From: an uncultured Bacillota bacterium
Lineage (GTDB): Bacteria > Sysuimicrobiota > Sysuimicrobiia > Sysuimicrobiales > Segetimicrobiaceae
Length of the DNA: 64,000 bases
Reading direction: 5' to 3'
Assembly (NCBI GenBank): GCA_963804645.1
Contig: CAWDRG010000015.1
Coordinates: forward strand, 128,001-192,000
Part shown: positions 49,093 through 58,794 of the stretch, one piece after another
Layout of the letters: every line of letters begins with the position of its first letter
Position numbering within the stretch: the first letter of the stretch is position 1
Position numbers and translations under genes: made by a program
Notes under the pieces: generated by a model
Databases searched by the model: none
Seen by the model: the letters and a program-made list of their open reading frames with translations, nothing else
Told to the model about the DNA's origin: nothing

Positions 49093-49509
49093 GTGCCCCC
49101 ACTATTCGTCCTGGATTCGAGTGCAGTGCTGGCGTTCCTTTATGGGGAGCGTGGCCGGAATCGGGTTGAGCAGCTGCTCCTCGAGGCCGCCGAGGGCCGC
49201 GCAACGATCCGATTACATCGAATCCATCTTGGGGAAGTGTACTACGTCTTCTACCGCAAGGGTGGGGAGCGGACTGCCGAGGCCATGCTCGATGACGTCG
49301 GGCAACTACCAGTGGAAGTCGAAGATCGCGTTTCGCCCGCCCTAATGCGCGAGGCGGGCAGGATCAAGGCTTCGTACCCTATGTCTTATGCCGATGCCTT
49401 CGCTGCGGGACTGGCACGGGTTCGGAAGGGGATCCTGGTTTCGGCCGACCGCCTCGAGTTTGGACCTGTTGAATCGGCCGCCGAGCTCTCGGTCTTGTGG
49501 GTGCGGTGA
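49093..49509 (+). CDS. vapC: VapC PIN-domain toxin
   Basis: VLDSSAVLA, LGEVYY, MSYADAF, SAD.LEF. Confidence 0.85.
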   Translation: MPPLFVLDSSAVLAFLYGERGRNRVEQLLLEAAEGRATIRLHRIHLGEVYYVFYRKGGERTAEAMLDDVGQLPVEVEDRVSPALMREAGRIKASYPMSYADAFAAGLARVRKGILVSADRLEFGPVESAAELSVLWVR

Positions 49510-49721
49510 GGGAAGACACGGATCGCCACGCGGAACACAGATCAGCATAGAACGATCGCATCGCATGCTGCTGGAAGCGCGGCAAGTGGTAGGCAAAATT
49601 GTTCTGATTCCCTAAAGGAGAAGTAGGCCACTGCGTGACGCAAGGAGACGGCCCGATCGTCAAGGAACCAGTTCATCGCTATACACCATCACCGATTGGG
49701 GGTCCGCACACAGGTCCGCAC

Positions 49722-49830
49722 TGTCAACGCCGGGTTAGAAGTGACCCCACTCCTGCCGCTTTTGAATTGACCCACCCCACGCGGCCACCGCATCGCGGGC
49801 CGCCGGTTTAGAATTGACCCACCCCCCTTC
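49722..49830. mobile_element. Isolated IS21-family end
   Basis: Starts TGTCAACGCCGG and has three internal repeats of (T)T(A/T)GAA(G/T)TGACCC; no istA/istB seen. Confidence 0.55.
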
Positions 49831-50052
49831 GGCGCTCACGCCTTGCCCGGCGCAGCGGCTGGCTCGGCCTGGCATCGACTCCAGTCGTTCCTCGAAGCAC
49901 AGAGCTGCCGTAACAGCAAGACTTATGCACACAAAGTCCCTGGCGGGTTTATCTTCGTATGCGGGGACAACCCCCCGGGTCTATGCCTTTGGGCGATGAG
50001 GATCATCCGCGGCTCTTGAGGATATCGGAGTCGTCAGAACGTAGCTTGCGGC

Positions 50053-50069
50053 CTACGGCGCTGCCGTAG
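50053..50069. promoter_or_regulatory. Operator-like palindrome before brnT
   Basis: CTACGGC-GCT-GCCGTAG. Confidence 0.5.
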
Positions 50070-50076
50070 TACACTA

Positions 50077-50385
50077 ATGTGTGTGGCTGGTCCGGATGAC
50101 TTTGACGGCTTCGAGTGGGATGAGGAGAAGAGCGCGCGCTGCTATGAGGAACGTGGTTTCGACTTCGACTACGCAGCGAAGCTTTTCGACGGCGATTTTA
50201 TCGAGTGGGAGGACCGGCGCCGCGACTGGGGTGAGCCGCGAGTCGTCAGCGTCGGAGAGGTCGAGGGACGAACCCTCACCGTTATCTGGACACCGCGCGA
50301 GACCCTGAGGCGAATTATCTCGGCGCGACCGGCATCGCGGTCGGAGAGGGAGAGACTGCATGGCAACCGTGAGACGCAGCAATAA
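50077..50385 (+). CDS. brnT: BrnT family toxin
   Basis: FEWDEEK.....RGFDF..A..LF, D.R.D.GE.R, RIISAR.A...ER.. Confidence 0.9.
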   Translation: MCVAGPDDFDGFEWDEEKSARCYEERGFDFDYAAKLFDGDFIEWEDRRRDWGEPRVVSVGEVEGRTLTVIWTPRETLRRIISARPASRSERERLHGNRETQQ

Positions 50386-50710
50386 GGAAATTCGTGAAGG
50401 GCGCGGTCGCGCGCATGGGGAGAAGATCGCATCTTTCACGGAAGCCGACGTTGACCGCTTCGCGCGGGACGACGAGAGCGACACGAGTGGACTCGGTGCG
50501 CCACGGTATGTCCCACCGCGCACTGATGTCCGTGCACTGCGCGAGCGACTTGGCCTCTCACAAGAAGAGTTTGCGCGGCGCTATATGCTTTCGCCGCGCA
50601 CCATTCAGGATTGGGAACAGCGGCGGCGCGAGCCGTCGGACGCTGCACGCGTGTTACTGTTCGCCATTTCGCGCAACCACGAGGCCGTCGAGAAAGCCCT
50701 ACACGGATAA
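50360..50710 (+). CDS. XRE/HigA-like HTH antitoxin
   Basis: DVRALRERLGLSQEEFA......RTIQDWEQ.RREP..AARVLL; overlaps brnT. Confidence 0.85.
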   Translation: MATVRRSNKEIREGRGRAHGEKIASFTEADVDRFARDDESDTSGLGAPRYVPPRTDVRALRERLGLSQEEFARRYMLSPRTIQDWEQRRREPSDAARVLLFAISRNHEAVEKALHG

Positions 50711-50779
50711 GGTCCTCGCTGCGAGCATCACGCGCTTCGGGTGCCAGCATTCACGTTGGATGCCGTGCTCGATCTTTTG

Positions 50780-51098
50780 ATAGTGCCGGTAACCTCCTCG
50801 GCATCGAAGTCCCGAATCCCTGGTTCAGGGCTCCTGGCCAGCGCTCGATGTTGACCACTACATTCCCGGGATTCTTGCCAGAGTGTTCGGTACTCGACGT
50901 TGGATGAGCGAACTTGGGCGCAAGGGCGGCATTGTCCGCAGTGCGGCAAAGACCGCGGCGGCACGTGCCAATGGCCTCAAGGGCGGACGGCCCCAACGTA
51001 GTACCCGTGCCGTAGCGGGGTCTGCCCTTGAAGTCCAAAGGAGAAGCAAGCGTCGGACACGCGTCGCCGCACGACGGCTGAGGTCCCGGGCTCGGTGA
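50780..51098 (+). pseudogene. DUF2442-like protein remnant
   Basis: From 50835: WPALDVDHYIPGILARVFGTRRWMSELGRKGG...AAARANGLKGGRP; 5' part disrupted. Confidence 0.55.
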
Positions 51099-51269
51099 GA
51101 CGCACTGCTGCGGTAACTGCCTGCGACCGGGTCGGCAGCCGAGTGTTACGGGCACGAGACAGCCCGATCTTCCAGAACCAATTCAGCGCGCAGTTCACTA
51201 TCGCCGGTCGGGGGTCCGCACACAGGTCCCGCACAAGGTAAGGATCCTCGGAAAGGCCTATAATAGATC

Positions 51270-52501
51270 CGGCATTTTCGGGATTCCCAGGAAATGCGGC
51301 CATGATCTTCAGGAAGAAGTAGCCATCGTCTCGGTAGCCGTATCCCATGCGCTTGAGGACCTTGATCTTGTTGTTGATGCCCTCGAGGAGGCTGGTGTGT
51401 AACGGATAGCGACAGTGCGCGATGATCCCGGGGAGCCGCATCTTGAGATGGCGGGCAAACGTCTTGAGTGGTTGAATGCGACTGCGGATGGCACGGTGGT
51501 ACCAGTCCGTGAAGAAGCGGGTGGCGGCGCCAGGATAGGTATAGTCCCACATCTGCTTGAGATCATCCTTCAGCACGTAGACGGCCGCAAGCCGCCGGTT
51601 GGCTGCCAAGAGGTCCTGGAGTCGTACGCGATCCTCCGGCTTGACGTTCTCACGATTGCGCAAGAGGAGCCACCGCGCGCCTTTGATCACCTTGCGCGCT
51701 GCTTTGTCGCGCGCACGCGATTGGCTTCGTCCACGCGCACCCGGTCAATGACTTCGCGCCGTACTTGGCGACGACGTGGAAGAGGTCATACACAAGGACC
51801 GCGTGCGGACAATGGGCGCGCACTTCTTCTTCGTAGGCCGTGTTCATATCCATCACCACCGCCTGTAGACGCTTGCAGCCCTCGCCACCTAACAGCGCGA
51901 AGAAGGGACGGACGGCGTCGCGGCTCCGGCCTTCGCCGACCCAGAGCACGCGTTTGCGCTGGGGCTCGACCACCACCGTGGCGTAGCGGTGGCCCTTTCG
52001 CAGGGCGAATTCATCCATCGCAATCGTCGTCACGTTGGAGAAGTCGACCGGGAGCAACTCCTCTGCCAACGCGGCCACGTCCAGGTTTTTCACGGTGTCC
52101 CAGTCGAGGCCGTAGAACTCGGCCACGTGCTTCACCGGCAGGATGCGGCAGAGCCGGACCACGCTCTCCGCCAGGCGCGTGGTCACCCGGTCCCAGGCCG
52201 ACAGCCAGGACAGGGCCTCCAGTTTGGGGCCGCACGTGGGACAGGCAACGCGGTAGCGCGGCACCCATACGTGGGTCTCGGCGTCGAGCAGCGGCAGATC
52301 CCGGATGCAGCGGACCACCATCTCATGCGCCTTGGCCGTCTCTTGGCCGCACCCGGAGCACCGGAAGGTCCGCTTCTCGCGGGCCAGCGTGATCTCCACC
52401 CGCGGTTTGCCGGCGCCCGTCGTTGGTTCGATGCGCTCCACCAGCTTCACCCGATAGCATTCCCACCCGACCAGCACATTGGTAGACTGATCTCGAGGCA
52501 A
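51270..52501 (-). pseudogene. ISL3 family transposase with frameshifts near 51700-51760; ends not resolved
   Basis: CSGCG, RDLP, CPTCG, AMDEFALRKGHRYATV, MDM..AY, DLFHVV; LEGINNKIKVLKRMGYGYRD..YFFLKI. Confidence 0.85.
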
Positions 52502-52615
52502 GGTGCTCCCCCTTCCCTGAAGCGCCGTGTTCGCAGCACGTGCTCAAGGATAGGGGTGTGGTACCTTGCCTTCAACTTACACGGATAAATAAGGGCGTTC
52601 CGGGCAGGGGAGGTT

Positions 52616-52663
52616 GGGCTCATAACCCGAAGGTCGGAGGTTCAAATCCTCCCCCCGCTACCA
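52616..52663 (+). repeat. 48-bp duplicate of the tRNA-fMet 3' part (att-like site)
   Basis: GGGCTCATAACCCGAAGGTCGGAGGTTCAAATCCTCCCCCCGCTACCA, identical to 48634-48681; followed by hairpin GGGCTCGCTC...GAGCGAGCCC. Confidence 0.95.
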
Positions 52664-52881
52664 GTACAGAGGGGGCTCGCTCGAAGCATCAGAGCGAGCC
52701 CTTATCTTCTTTAAGATTATGTGGTCTCTCAAGCCGGTAACTTCCAAGCCTTCTTCGGCGAAGTAAGGGTAGCCATCTGGTCTGGTCAGGTTGACAGCAC
52801 CTTCTTCAAGTAGTGCTTCTTGTGTCCAATGGGGTAGCCATCGAGGACACCGATTTCTGCGTAGCCGAGCTTTTCATAAAA

Positions 52882-54341
52882 GGTGATGTGCTAGTCTTCC
52901 TGTAAAAGTTGACGGTCTGGGCTACCCTAATGGTGTCGCCAAACACCAGCTCCTTGTAAGGGGAGCAGAAGAGGAGCCCAGACCAATGCCCAGGATAGCA
53001 CCCAGCACCAAGATTCGGGAAGAGATCAAGCGCCTGCTTCAGGACGGCGTGGCGGAGGGCGAGGATGTGACGGGCCTGCTGTTGCGCTTGGGGGCCCAAC
53101 GGCTCGCGCAGGAACTGCTCGAGGAAGAGGCCACCGATTTTCTCGGGCGGGACCGCTATGTCCGGCACCAGCGCGCCGAGCCCCATCGCGGCTACCGGAA
53201 CGGCTACGAACCCAGCCGGGTCCGGACCGCGGAAGGCGACGTCCCGCTGCAGGTCCCGCAGGTGCGGCAGACGCCGATGCCCTACCAGTCCCGGCTGCTC
53301 AGTTTCCTCCGCGGCCATACCGATGTGCTGAAGCGGCTGGTGGCCGAGATGTACGCGCGCGGGCTGTCGACCCGGGATATTGAGGACAGTTTCCGCGACG
53401 TCACCGGCAAACGCTTGATCAGCGCCAGCGGGGTCAGCGCCGTGACCGAACGGCTGTGGGAAGAGTATCAGACCTTCACGCGGCGGGACCTCTCCGGGTT
53501 TGCCGTCGAGTACCTGTTTGTGGACGCGATCTACGAATCGCTCCGCCTCCAGGCGGGCGGGGCCGAGGCCTTGCTGTGTGCGTGGGGCATTCTCGCCGAC
53601 GGGCGGAAAGTGTTGCTGCACTTGACGTTGGGGAACAAGGAAAGCTACCGTGGCTGGCGCGGCATGTTGCGGGACATGGTCCGCCGCGGCCTGCGCCCAC
53701 CGGTCAGCATCACGAGCGATGGGGCGCCGGGCTTGCTGCGCGCCATCAAGGAGATGTGGCCGAAGAGTCTGCGCTTGCGGTGCTGGGTGCACCGAATGCG
53801 GAATGTGTTGGACAAAGTCCCCGACGCGGCGCGGGCGGAGGTGAAGGCGCACGTCGCCGCGATCCGCGATGCCCCGACCTATCAGGAAGGCACCCAGACG
53901 GCCCAGGCGGTGCTGGCGCGATTCGCGCGTCTCTACCCGACGGCGATGGCCTCTCTCAGTGACGATCTGGAGGCCAGCCTGGCGCATCTGCGCCTGCCGG
54001 TCGGCCATCGGAAGTATGTCCGGACGACGAACCTGATCGAGCGGAGTTTTCTCGAAGAACGCCGGCGCACCAAGATCATCCCGCGCTTCTTCGATGAACG
54101 AAGCTGTCTCACGCTGGTGTACGCGACCTTGGTGCGTGCCAGCCAGCGGTGGCAGCGCATTCACTTCACCGATGCTGAACGTCTCCAGTTGCACCGACTC
54201 CGTCAAGAACTGGGCCTCAGACTCCATCGTGAGCTTGTTCCATCGACTCGCACTATCGTGAAGCGCTCTAAGAGGAGGAGAGCTGCGTAGCATGCACCAC
54301 GCCCAGACCGTCAACTTTTACAGGAAGACTGGGACTTGACC
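52882..54341 (+). mobile_element. IS256 family element, 1,460 bp
   Basis: 30-bp perfect inner IR AGTCTTCCTGTAAAAGTTGACGGTCTGGGC. 9-bp duplication TTCATAAAA at 52873-81 and 54342-50. Confidence 0.95.
52986..54290 (+). CDS. IS256 family transposase
   Basis: GYRNGY, GLSTRDI, YLFVDA, SDGAPGL, RCWVH..RN, RTTNLIER. Confidence 0.95.
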   Translation: MPRIAPSTKIREEIKRLLQDGVAEGEDVTGLLLRLGAQRLAQELLEEEATDFLGRDRYVRHQRAEPHRGYRNGYEPSRVRTAEGDVPLQVPQVRQTPMPYQSRLLSFLRGHTDVLKRLVAEMYARGLSTRDIEDSFRDVTGKRLISASGVSAVTERLWEEYQTFTRRDLSGFAVEYLFVDAIYESLRLQAGGAEALLCAWGILADGRKVLLHLTLGNKESYRGWRGMLRDMVRRGLRPPVSITSDGAPGLLRAIKEMWPKSLRLRCWVHRMRNVLDKVPDAARAEVKAHVAAIRDAPTYQEGTQTAQAVLARFARLYPTAMASLSDDLEASLAHLRLPVGHRKYVRTTNLIERSFLEERRRTKIIPRFFDERSCLTLVYATLVRASQRWQRIHFTDAERLQLHRLRQELGLRLHRELVPSTRTIVKRSKRRRAA

Positions 54342-54691
54342 TTCATAAAAACCAGGTGCCTGAAAACTATGTGTCTCGAGAGTGGCGATGTGGCAACCTC
54401 TGCGGATCGCCTCCTGTTCAACGGCGCGCATCAACTTTGATCCAAGTCCCTCTCCACGGAAGTCCTCGTGCACCCACAAGAATCGAATGTCGAGGCACCC
54501 ACCCCATGTATACGCACGGATTCCGGCGATGAGCTGCCTCATGGAATCGCGCAAGAAGATCGCGAGGTCCCCGTAGTCGTAGATCTTTGTCTCCTCGACG
54601 TTGAATGTGTCGACGTGGTCCCTGAGAGACTCGATGTCCCTGGGGTCGGGGTTGACCTCAATGTCGAATTGGAACCGCTACCAAGTTCACA

Positions 54692-54729
54692 GAGAGGACT
54701 CTCCTGGGTAACGCCGGGCGAGTCCTCTC
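54692..54729. terminator. Long hairpin
   Basis: GAGAGGACTC...GAGTCCTCTC. Confidence 0.4.
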
Positions 54730-54827
54730 GCGTTTCGATCCGCTAATCGACCCATGCTAGATTAGGCGTGCATCTTGCATATCCGCAAAAATATCTTGTA
54801 TGTTGAAAACGCGGATGATGATCGGAG

Positions 54828-55049
54828 ATGAAAACCACGGTTACTGTGAGGGGTCAGACGGTAATCCCTGCGGCGCTACGTAGGGCGCACCGTATCGTCC
54901 CTCGGATGAAGCTGGAATGGGTGGATGATGGACAAACCATCCGAGTGATCCCTATTCACGCGGATCCGATTGCCGCCGCTTGAGGCGCATCGAAAGGGCT
55001 CCGGTCGGCGCTGCTGACCGACCGCAATCACGAGCGTCGGCGTGGCTGA
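54828..55049 (+). pseudogene. AbrB/MazE-type antitoxin with internal TGA at 54981-54983
   Basis: MKTTVTVRGQTVIPAALR...LEWVDDG..IRVIP..DPIAAA*GASKGLRSALLTDRNHERRRG. Not in the supplied ORF track. Confidence 0.75.
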
Positions 55050-55476
55050 GCGGTATGTCCTCGATACGTCGGCCATCCTGGCCTTTCTCGGAGATGAGAA
55101 CGGCGCCGCCAGGGTTGAACGTCTGTTGCGTGGCGGTCGAGCTGGCCAATGTGACGTGCTTGCTTGCTCGATTACTCTTATGGAGCTGTTCTACGCGGCG
55201 ATGCGGGAGAAGGGGGAGGATGAATCCTACAGACTGGTTGCGCTTGTAAAGGCGTGGCCGCTCGAATGGGTGTACCCAGACAATAGGGTGCTTCTCCAGG
55301 CTGGCCGGCTGAGGGCAACATATCGCCTTTCTGTCGCCGACGCGCTGATTGCTGCTGTGGCAAAGTTGCATGACGCGACGCTGGTCCACAAAGATCCCAA
55401 ACTGGATGAGTTACAGGGGCTGAACAAGCTGATGACGCTACCTTTCAAAGGGACGCCGGGAGCAAGAGGTAACTAA
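55042..55476 (+). CDS. vapC: VapC PIN-domain toxin
   Basis: YVLDTSAILA, LMELFY, LSVADALIAA, LVHKDP. Confidence 0.85.
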   Translation: MAERYVLDTSAILAFLGDENGAARVERLLRGGRAGQCDVLACSITLMELFYAAMREKGEDESYRLVALVKAWPLEWVYPDNRVLLQAGRLRATYRLSVADALIAAVAKLHDATLVHKDPKLDELQGLNKLMTLPFKGTPGARGN

Positions 55477-55749
55477 GTCATCGTCATCGATGGCCCGTCA
55501 CACAGGCGGTGATCACGGCAAGAGAACTCAGGCTCGACTAGCCGCCACCGTCGCTCTTCTTTACCGCAAATTAGTCCCGAGTAATACTTAAGTAGGGCGA
55601 AGCCGGCTGCCCGGATGCGCTACGGTTGTAGTGTATCCGGGCAGCCGGCGCCTAGAACCTCGGCGATCGTCACCGGGGGATGTCTTGTATGCCAGCGTCC
55701 TGGGTGTCGTCGGGCACACGATCGGACGAACGTGAAGGGCCACGAGCCA

Positions 55750-55990
55750 TGGTGAGCGATATCGGCAGGAGCGCGCCTGGTAACGTGATTCGCGCGCACG
55801 GAATGTCGGGGTCCGCCTCGTCAGCATGGTTTGACGGGCGCACGCCGTGCACGATTCGGTCGGGGACGCCATTCTCTCTCCGGCGAGGTCGCGGACCGAG
55901 CCGAGTTCTACGGGGTAATCAGTCGTGCACGCGATCTCGGCCTGACGATCGTCAGCGTCGAACGACATGGGGCAACCCCGAGCGGATTGG
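55750..55990 (+). pseudogene. Probable frameshifted small hypothetical protein
   Basis: VIRAHG....SAWFDG in one frame and LSGEVADRAEFYGVISRARDLGLTIVSV in another resemble a common ~70-aa hypothetical family. Confidence 0.35.
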
Positions 55991-56130
55991 CGGGAAAAGA
56001 CGTGAGTCCTCACGTCTCGAGATTCCGTGATGGGCGGTGCGGATCTGATCCGTACGGGCACGAAAGCGGAACTCTCGACTACAATCGCGTGTCGGAAGGT
56101 CTTCCAGGCCTTCCATGTGGAGGTGGCGTA

Positions 56131-56598
56131 GTGCGATTCGGTATCCCGCTGGCCGTGGCTCTCATGCTTCTCCTTCCCGTCTCGGCGTTCGCCGCCGGGA
56201 CCGTGCGCATCGTGCAAAGTGACGGCTCCGCCCAAACGTACATCGGCGTGATCATGAAGGTGCAGAATCAGACGACCTTGGCGATCTCGTCGGCCGACGG
56301 ACAGTCGACGATGACGCTTGCGGTCAAGGCCTCCGACTGCGCGCCTGCAAACGGCATCGTCTACTGCTGGGCGGGCCAGATGGCGTTTCAGAACAACGGG
56401 AAGTCGTACACGATTCCATTCAAATCCGCGAAGTTCTACCTCAACCAGACCGACCAGGAACAGCCGTCGGACCCGCTCGCCGCGGTGTTGGCTGCGGCCG
56501 GATGCCAGGTCGTGTCGAAGGTCGCGCCACACTCCGTCGTGTTCGCGGTCCTGACCAAGAGGGGCACGCACATCACAGGCAACGGCACGTTAAATTAG
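56131..56598 (+). CDS. Secreted hypothetical protein
   Basis: RBS GGAGG; signal peptide ending AFA; beta-rich with three Cys. Confidence 0.65.
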   Translation: MRFGIPLAVALMLLLPVSAFAAGTVRIVQSDGSAQTYIGVIMKVQNQTTLAISSADGQSTMTLAVKASDCAPANGIVYCWAGQMAFQNNGKSYTIPFKSAKFYLNQTDQEQPSDPLAAVLAAAGCQVVSKVAPHSVVFAVLTKRGTHITGNGTLN

Positions 56599-56610
56599 GA
56601 GGACGCGGCC

Positions 56611-57522
56611 ATGAGGACGATCGCGGTCACCGTCATAATCCTCGCGCTCGGGATGGTCGCACCGTTCGCCGGCGCGGCGCCCAATGGAGGGAACCGGGGG
56701 GGCAGCGGTGGTGGGGCCGCCTCGCGCCCGTCGGCCCCGCCGCAAAAGGGCGGCGGCGGGTTCAACCTCAACAACGACACGGGATCACGGCCGAACGGCG
56801 GCAGTCGACCTCAGGGTGGGAACGGCCAGGGCGGCTTCGACCTCAACAGGGATATCCAGGGTTCCACCCCGGCGGGCAATCGCCCCGGCAATAGCGGCGC
56901 CACTCGGCCGGCGAATCCGCCTGCCGGCAATCGGCCGAGCAACAACCCAGGCGGCAGCAACGCCACCGGCAATCGACCCGGCAATGCCGGCGCCACTCGG
57001 CCCGCGAATCCGCCTGCCGGCAATCGGCCGAGCAACAACCCAGGCGGCAGCAACGCCACCGGCAATCGCACCGGCAACGGCAACGGCAACGTCAACGTGA
57101 GCGGCAACAACGTCAACATCAACCGCAACGGATACGGGTACAACGGCCGGGTCGTCGTCAACCCGGTGTACCGGGGGCCGGCCTGGGGATGGAACCACGG
57201 GGTCGTGTGGGCGCCCCACGCAACGTACTGGGGCGGAGGGTTCTGGGGCCCCTTCGCGGCCGGCGTGGCCACTGCGGTTGTTATGGGCGCGATCGTGAAC
57301 GCGGCCAACCATCAGACGTACACATCCTATAGGGTCAGCCAGGACAGCCCGGGCGCGCAGCTACTAATGAACTATCAACTCCAGCAGGTGTCGTGTGGCC
57401 CACCCGGTCTCGTGGAGATCTACGGACCCGACAACGGCGTGATCTGCGCGCGGCCGAACAATCTCGTGGCCGCCGGAACCTATGCGGTGGACATCGACAC
57501 CCTCACACTGCAGGCGCCGTAG
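56611..57522 (+). CDS. Secreted Gly/Asn/Pro-rich low-complexity protein with globular C-terminus
   Basis: RBS AGGAGG; signal peptide; WGWNHGVVW..YWGGGFWG; C-terminal domain with two Cys. Confidence 0.7.
   Translation: MRTIAVTVIILALGMVAPFAGAAPNGGNRGGSGGGAASRPSAPPQKGGGGFNLNNDTGSRPNGGSRPQGGNGQGGFDLNRDIQGSTPAGNRPGNSGATRPANPPAGNRPSNNPGGSNATGNRPGNAGATRPANPPAGNRPSNNPGGSNATGNRTGNGNGNVNVSGNNVNINRNGYGYNGRVVVNPVYRGPAWGWNHGVVWAPHATYWGGGFWGPFAAGVATAVVMGAIVNAANHQTYTSYRVSQDSPGAQLLMNYQLQQVSCGPPGLVEIYGPDNGVICARPNNLVAAGTYAVDIDTLTLQAP
56875..57060 (+). repeat. Two near-identical 93-bp tandem repeats
   Basis: GNRPGNxGATRPANPPAGNRPSNNPGGSNAT twice (56875, 56968). Confidence 0.9.
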
Positions 57523-57594
57523 CATCCACCCGGGCAAGTATCGAAGACATCACTTGCTGAGGAGTGGGTGCCATGAGACGACGTGATGCATTCG

Positions 57595-57850
57595 AGCGCT
57601 GGCGGCTCCCTTGACCGTCAACACGGTCCCGGAGGCCACGCTCAAGGCGTTCGCGGACCAAGGCGACGTCCCGACGCTGATGCGAGCAGACGGCGGAAAC
57701 TGCGAACAGGTGCTGAGGCAATTCGCCGAGGCGGGGGTCGATCTCCACGCACTGGCACGATGGCTCCAGACTGAGGGGGCCGAATCGTTTGTTCAGTCCT
57801 GGAATACGCTGATGGGCGTGATCTCCTCGAAGAGCGCTGCGCTCACATAG
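57595..57850 (+). pseudogene. tal: Transaldolase C-terminal remnant
   Basis: ALAAPLTVNTVPEATLKAFAD.G...GVDL..LA..LQ.EG..SF..SW..L. Confidence 0.75.
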
Positions 57851-57878
57851 AAGAAGGTCGAATGGGGGGGCTTCTTCG

Positions 57879-58604
57879 ATGAAAGTACTGGTGATAGATA
57901 TCGGCGGGACAAACGTGAAAATCCTCGCCACGGGACAAACCGAGGCCCGGAAGTTCCCTTCGGGGCCAACGATGACTCCCCGGAAACTGGTAGCCGGAGT
58001 CCTGCGGCTCGCCGGGGACTGGACGTACGATGTGGTCGCCATCGGCTACCCTGGACGGGTCGTCGGAGACCGTGCAGTCACTGAGCCCCGCAATCTCGCC
58101 CGCGGCTGGGTCGGATTCAACTTCGCGGCCGCGTTGAAGCGCCCCGTGAAGGTCATCAATGATGCTTCGATGCAGGCCCTCGGGAGCTATAAAGGTGGAA
58201 CGATGCTCTTCCTCGGCCTCGGGACTGGACTCGGCTCCGCCCTGATGGTGGACGGGCACATCGTGCCGATGGAGATCGGCGCCCTCTCCTACAAAAACGG
58301 CACCGTTGAGGACTACCTGGGTCTTCGAGGGCTCAAGAAGCTGGGAAAGAAGAAGTGGGGGAAGACCCTCAAGTTGCTCGCGGCGCGATTCCAAACCGCA
58401 CTGTTCCTCGACGATTTCGTCATCGGCGGAGGAAATGCCAAGAAGCTGAAGACGGCGCCCCCAGGGTGCCGGCTGGGCGACAACGCCAACGCGTTTATTG
58501 GCGGGTTTCGACTGTGGGAGTCAAACGGGGAACAGCACGCCACACACTCCCCCAAACGGCCTTCTCTTGATCGGGTGAAAAAGACGAAAAGCGGGCGACA
58601 ATGA
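57879..58604 (+). CDS. ROK family sugar kinase (polyphosphate glucokinase-like)
   Basis: IDIGGTNVK, IGYPG, NDA.MQALG, GLGTGLGSA, IGGGNAKK. Confidence 0.85.
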   Translation: MKVLVIDIGGTNVKILATGQTEARKFPSGPTMTPRKLVAGVLRLAGDWTYDVVAIGYPGRVVGDRAVTEPRNLARGWVGFNFAAALKRPVKVINDASMQALGSYKGGTMLFLGLGTGLGSALMVDGHIVPMEIGALSYKNGTVEDYLGLRGLKKLGKKKWGKTLKLLAARFQTALFLDDFVIGGGNAKKLKTAPPGCRLGDNANAFIGGFRLWESNGEQHATHSPKRPSLDRVKKTKSGRQ

Positions 58605-58708
58605 CGCCGAAAACCCAATCGCTGACTGCACGCCAAGCATGGAAGGCGCTCGTCACCCATCCCACGCAGGTCCGGGACGTCCACCTACCCACGATCGAGA
58701 AGAAATAG
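58601..58708 (+). pseudogene. pgi: Glucose-6-phosphate isomerase N-terminal remnant
   Basis: MTPKTQSLTARQAWKALVTHPTQVRDVHL followed by a stop; fits the position in a tal-glk-pgi-gnd-zwf cluster. Confidence 0.55.
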
Positions 58709-58794
58709 CAGCAGCGATCACGCGGTCGAGAGACTGTATCCACCCGCGTTTGAACCAGACATCGGGGTGAGGAACCCGGAAGGAGTACAACACG

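Larger units (their letters stand above)
52786..54680 (-). pseudogene. GNAT acetyltransferase interrupted by IS256
   Basis: LWVHEDFRGEGLGSKLM..LETHSFQAPGFYE before the IS continues as KLGYAEIGVLDGYPIGHKKHYLKK after it. Confidence 0.85.

Noticed and set aside
52616..52663. Second tRNA-Met gene
   Set aside because: It lacks the 5' acceptor strand and D-arm, so it is treated as an att-like fragment.
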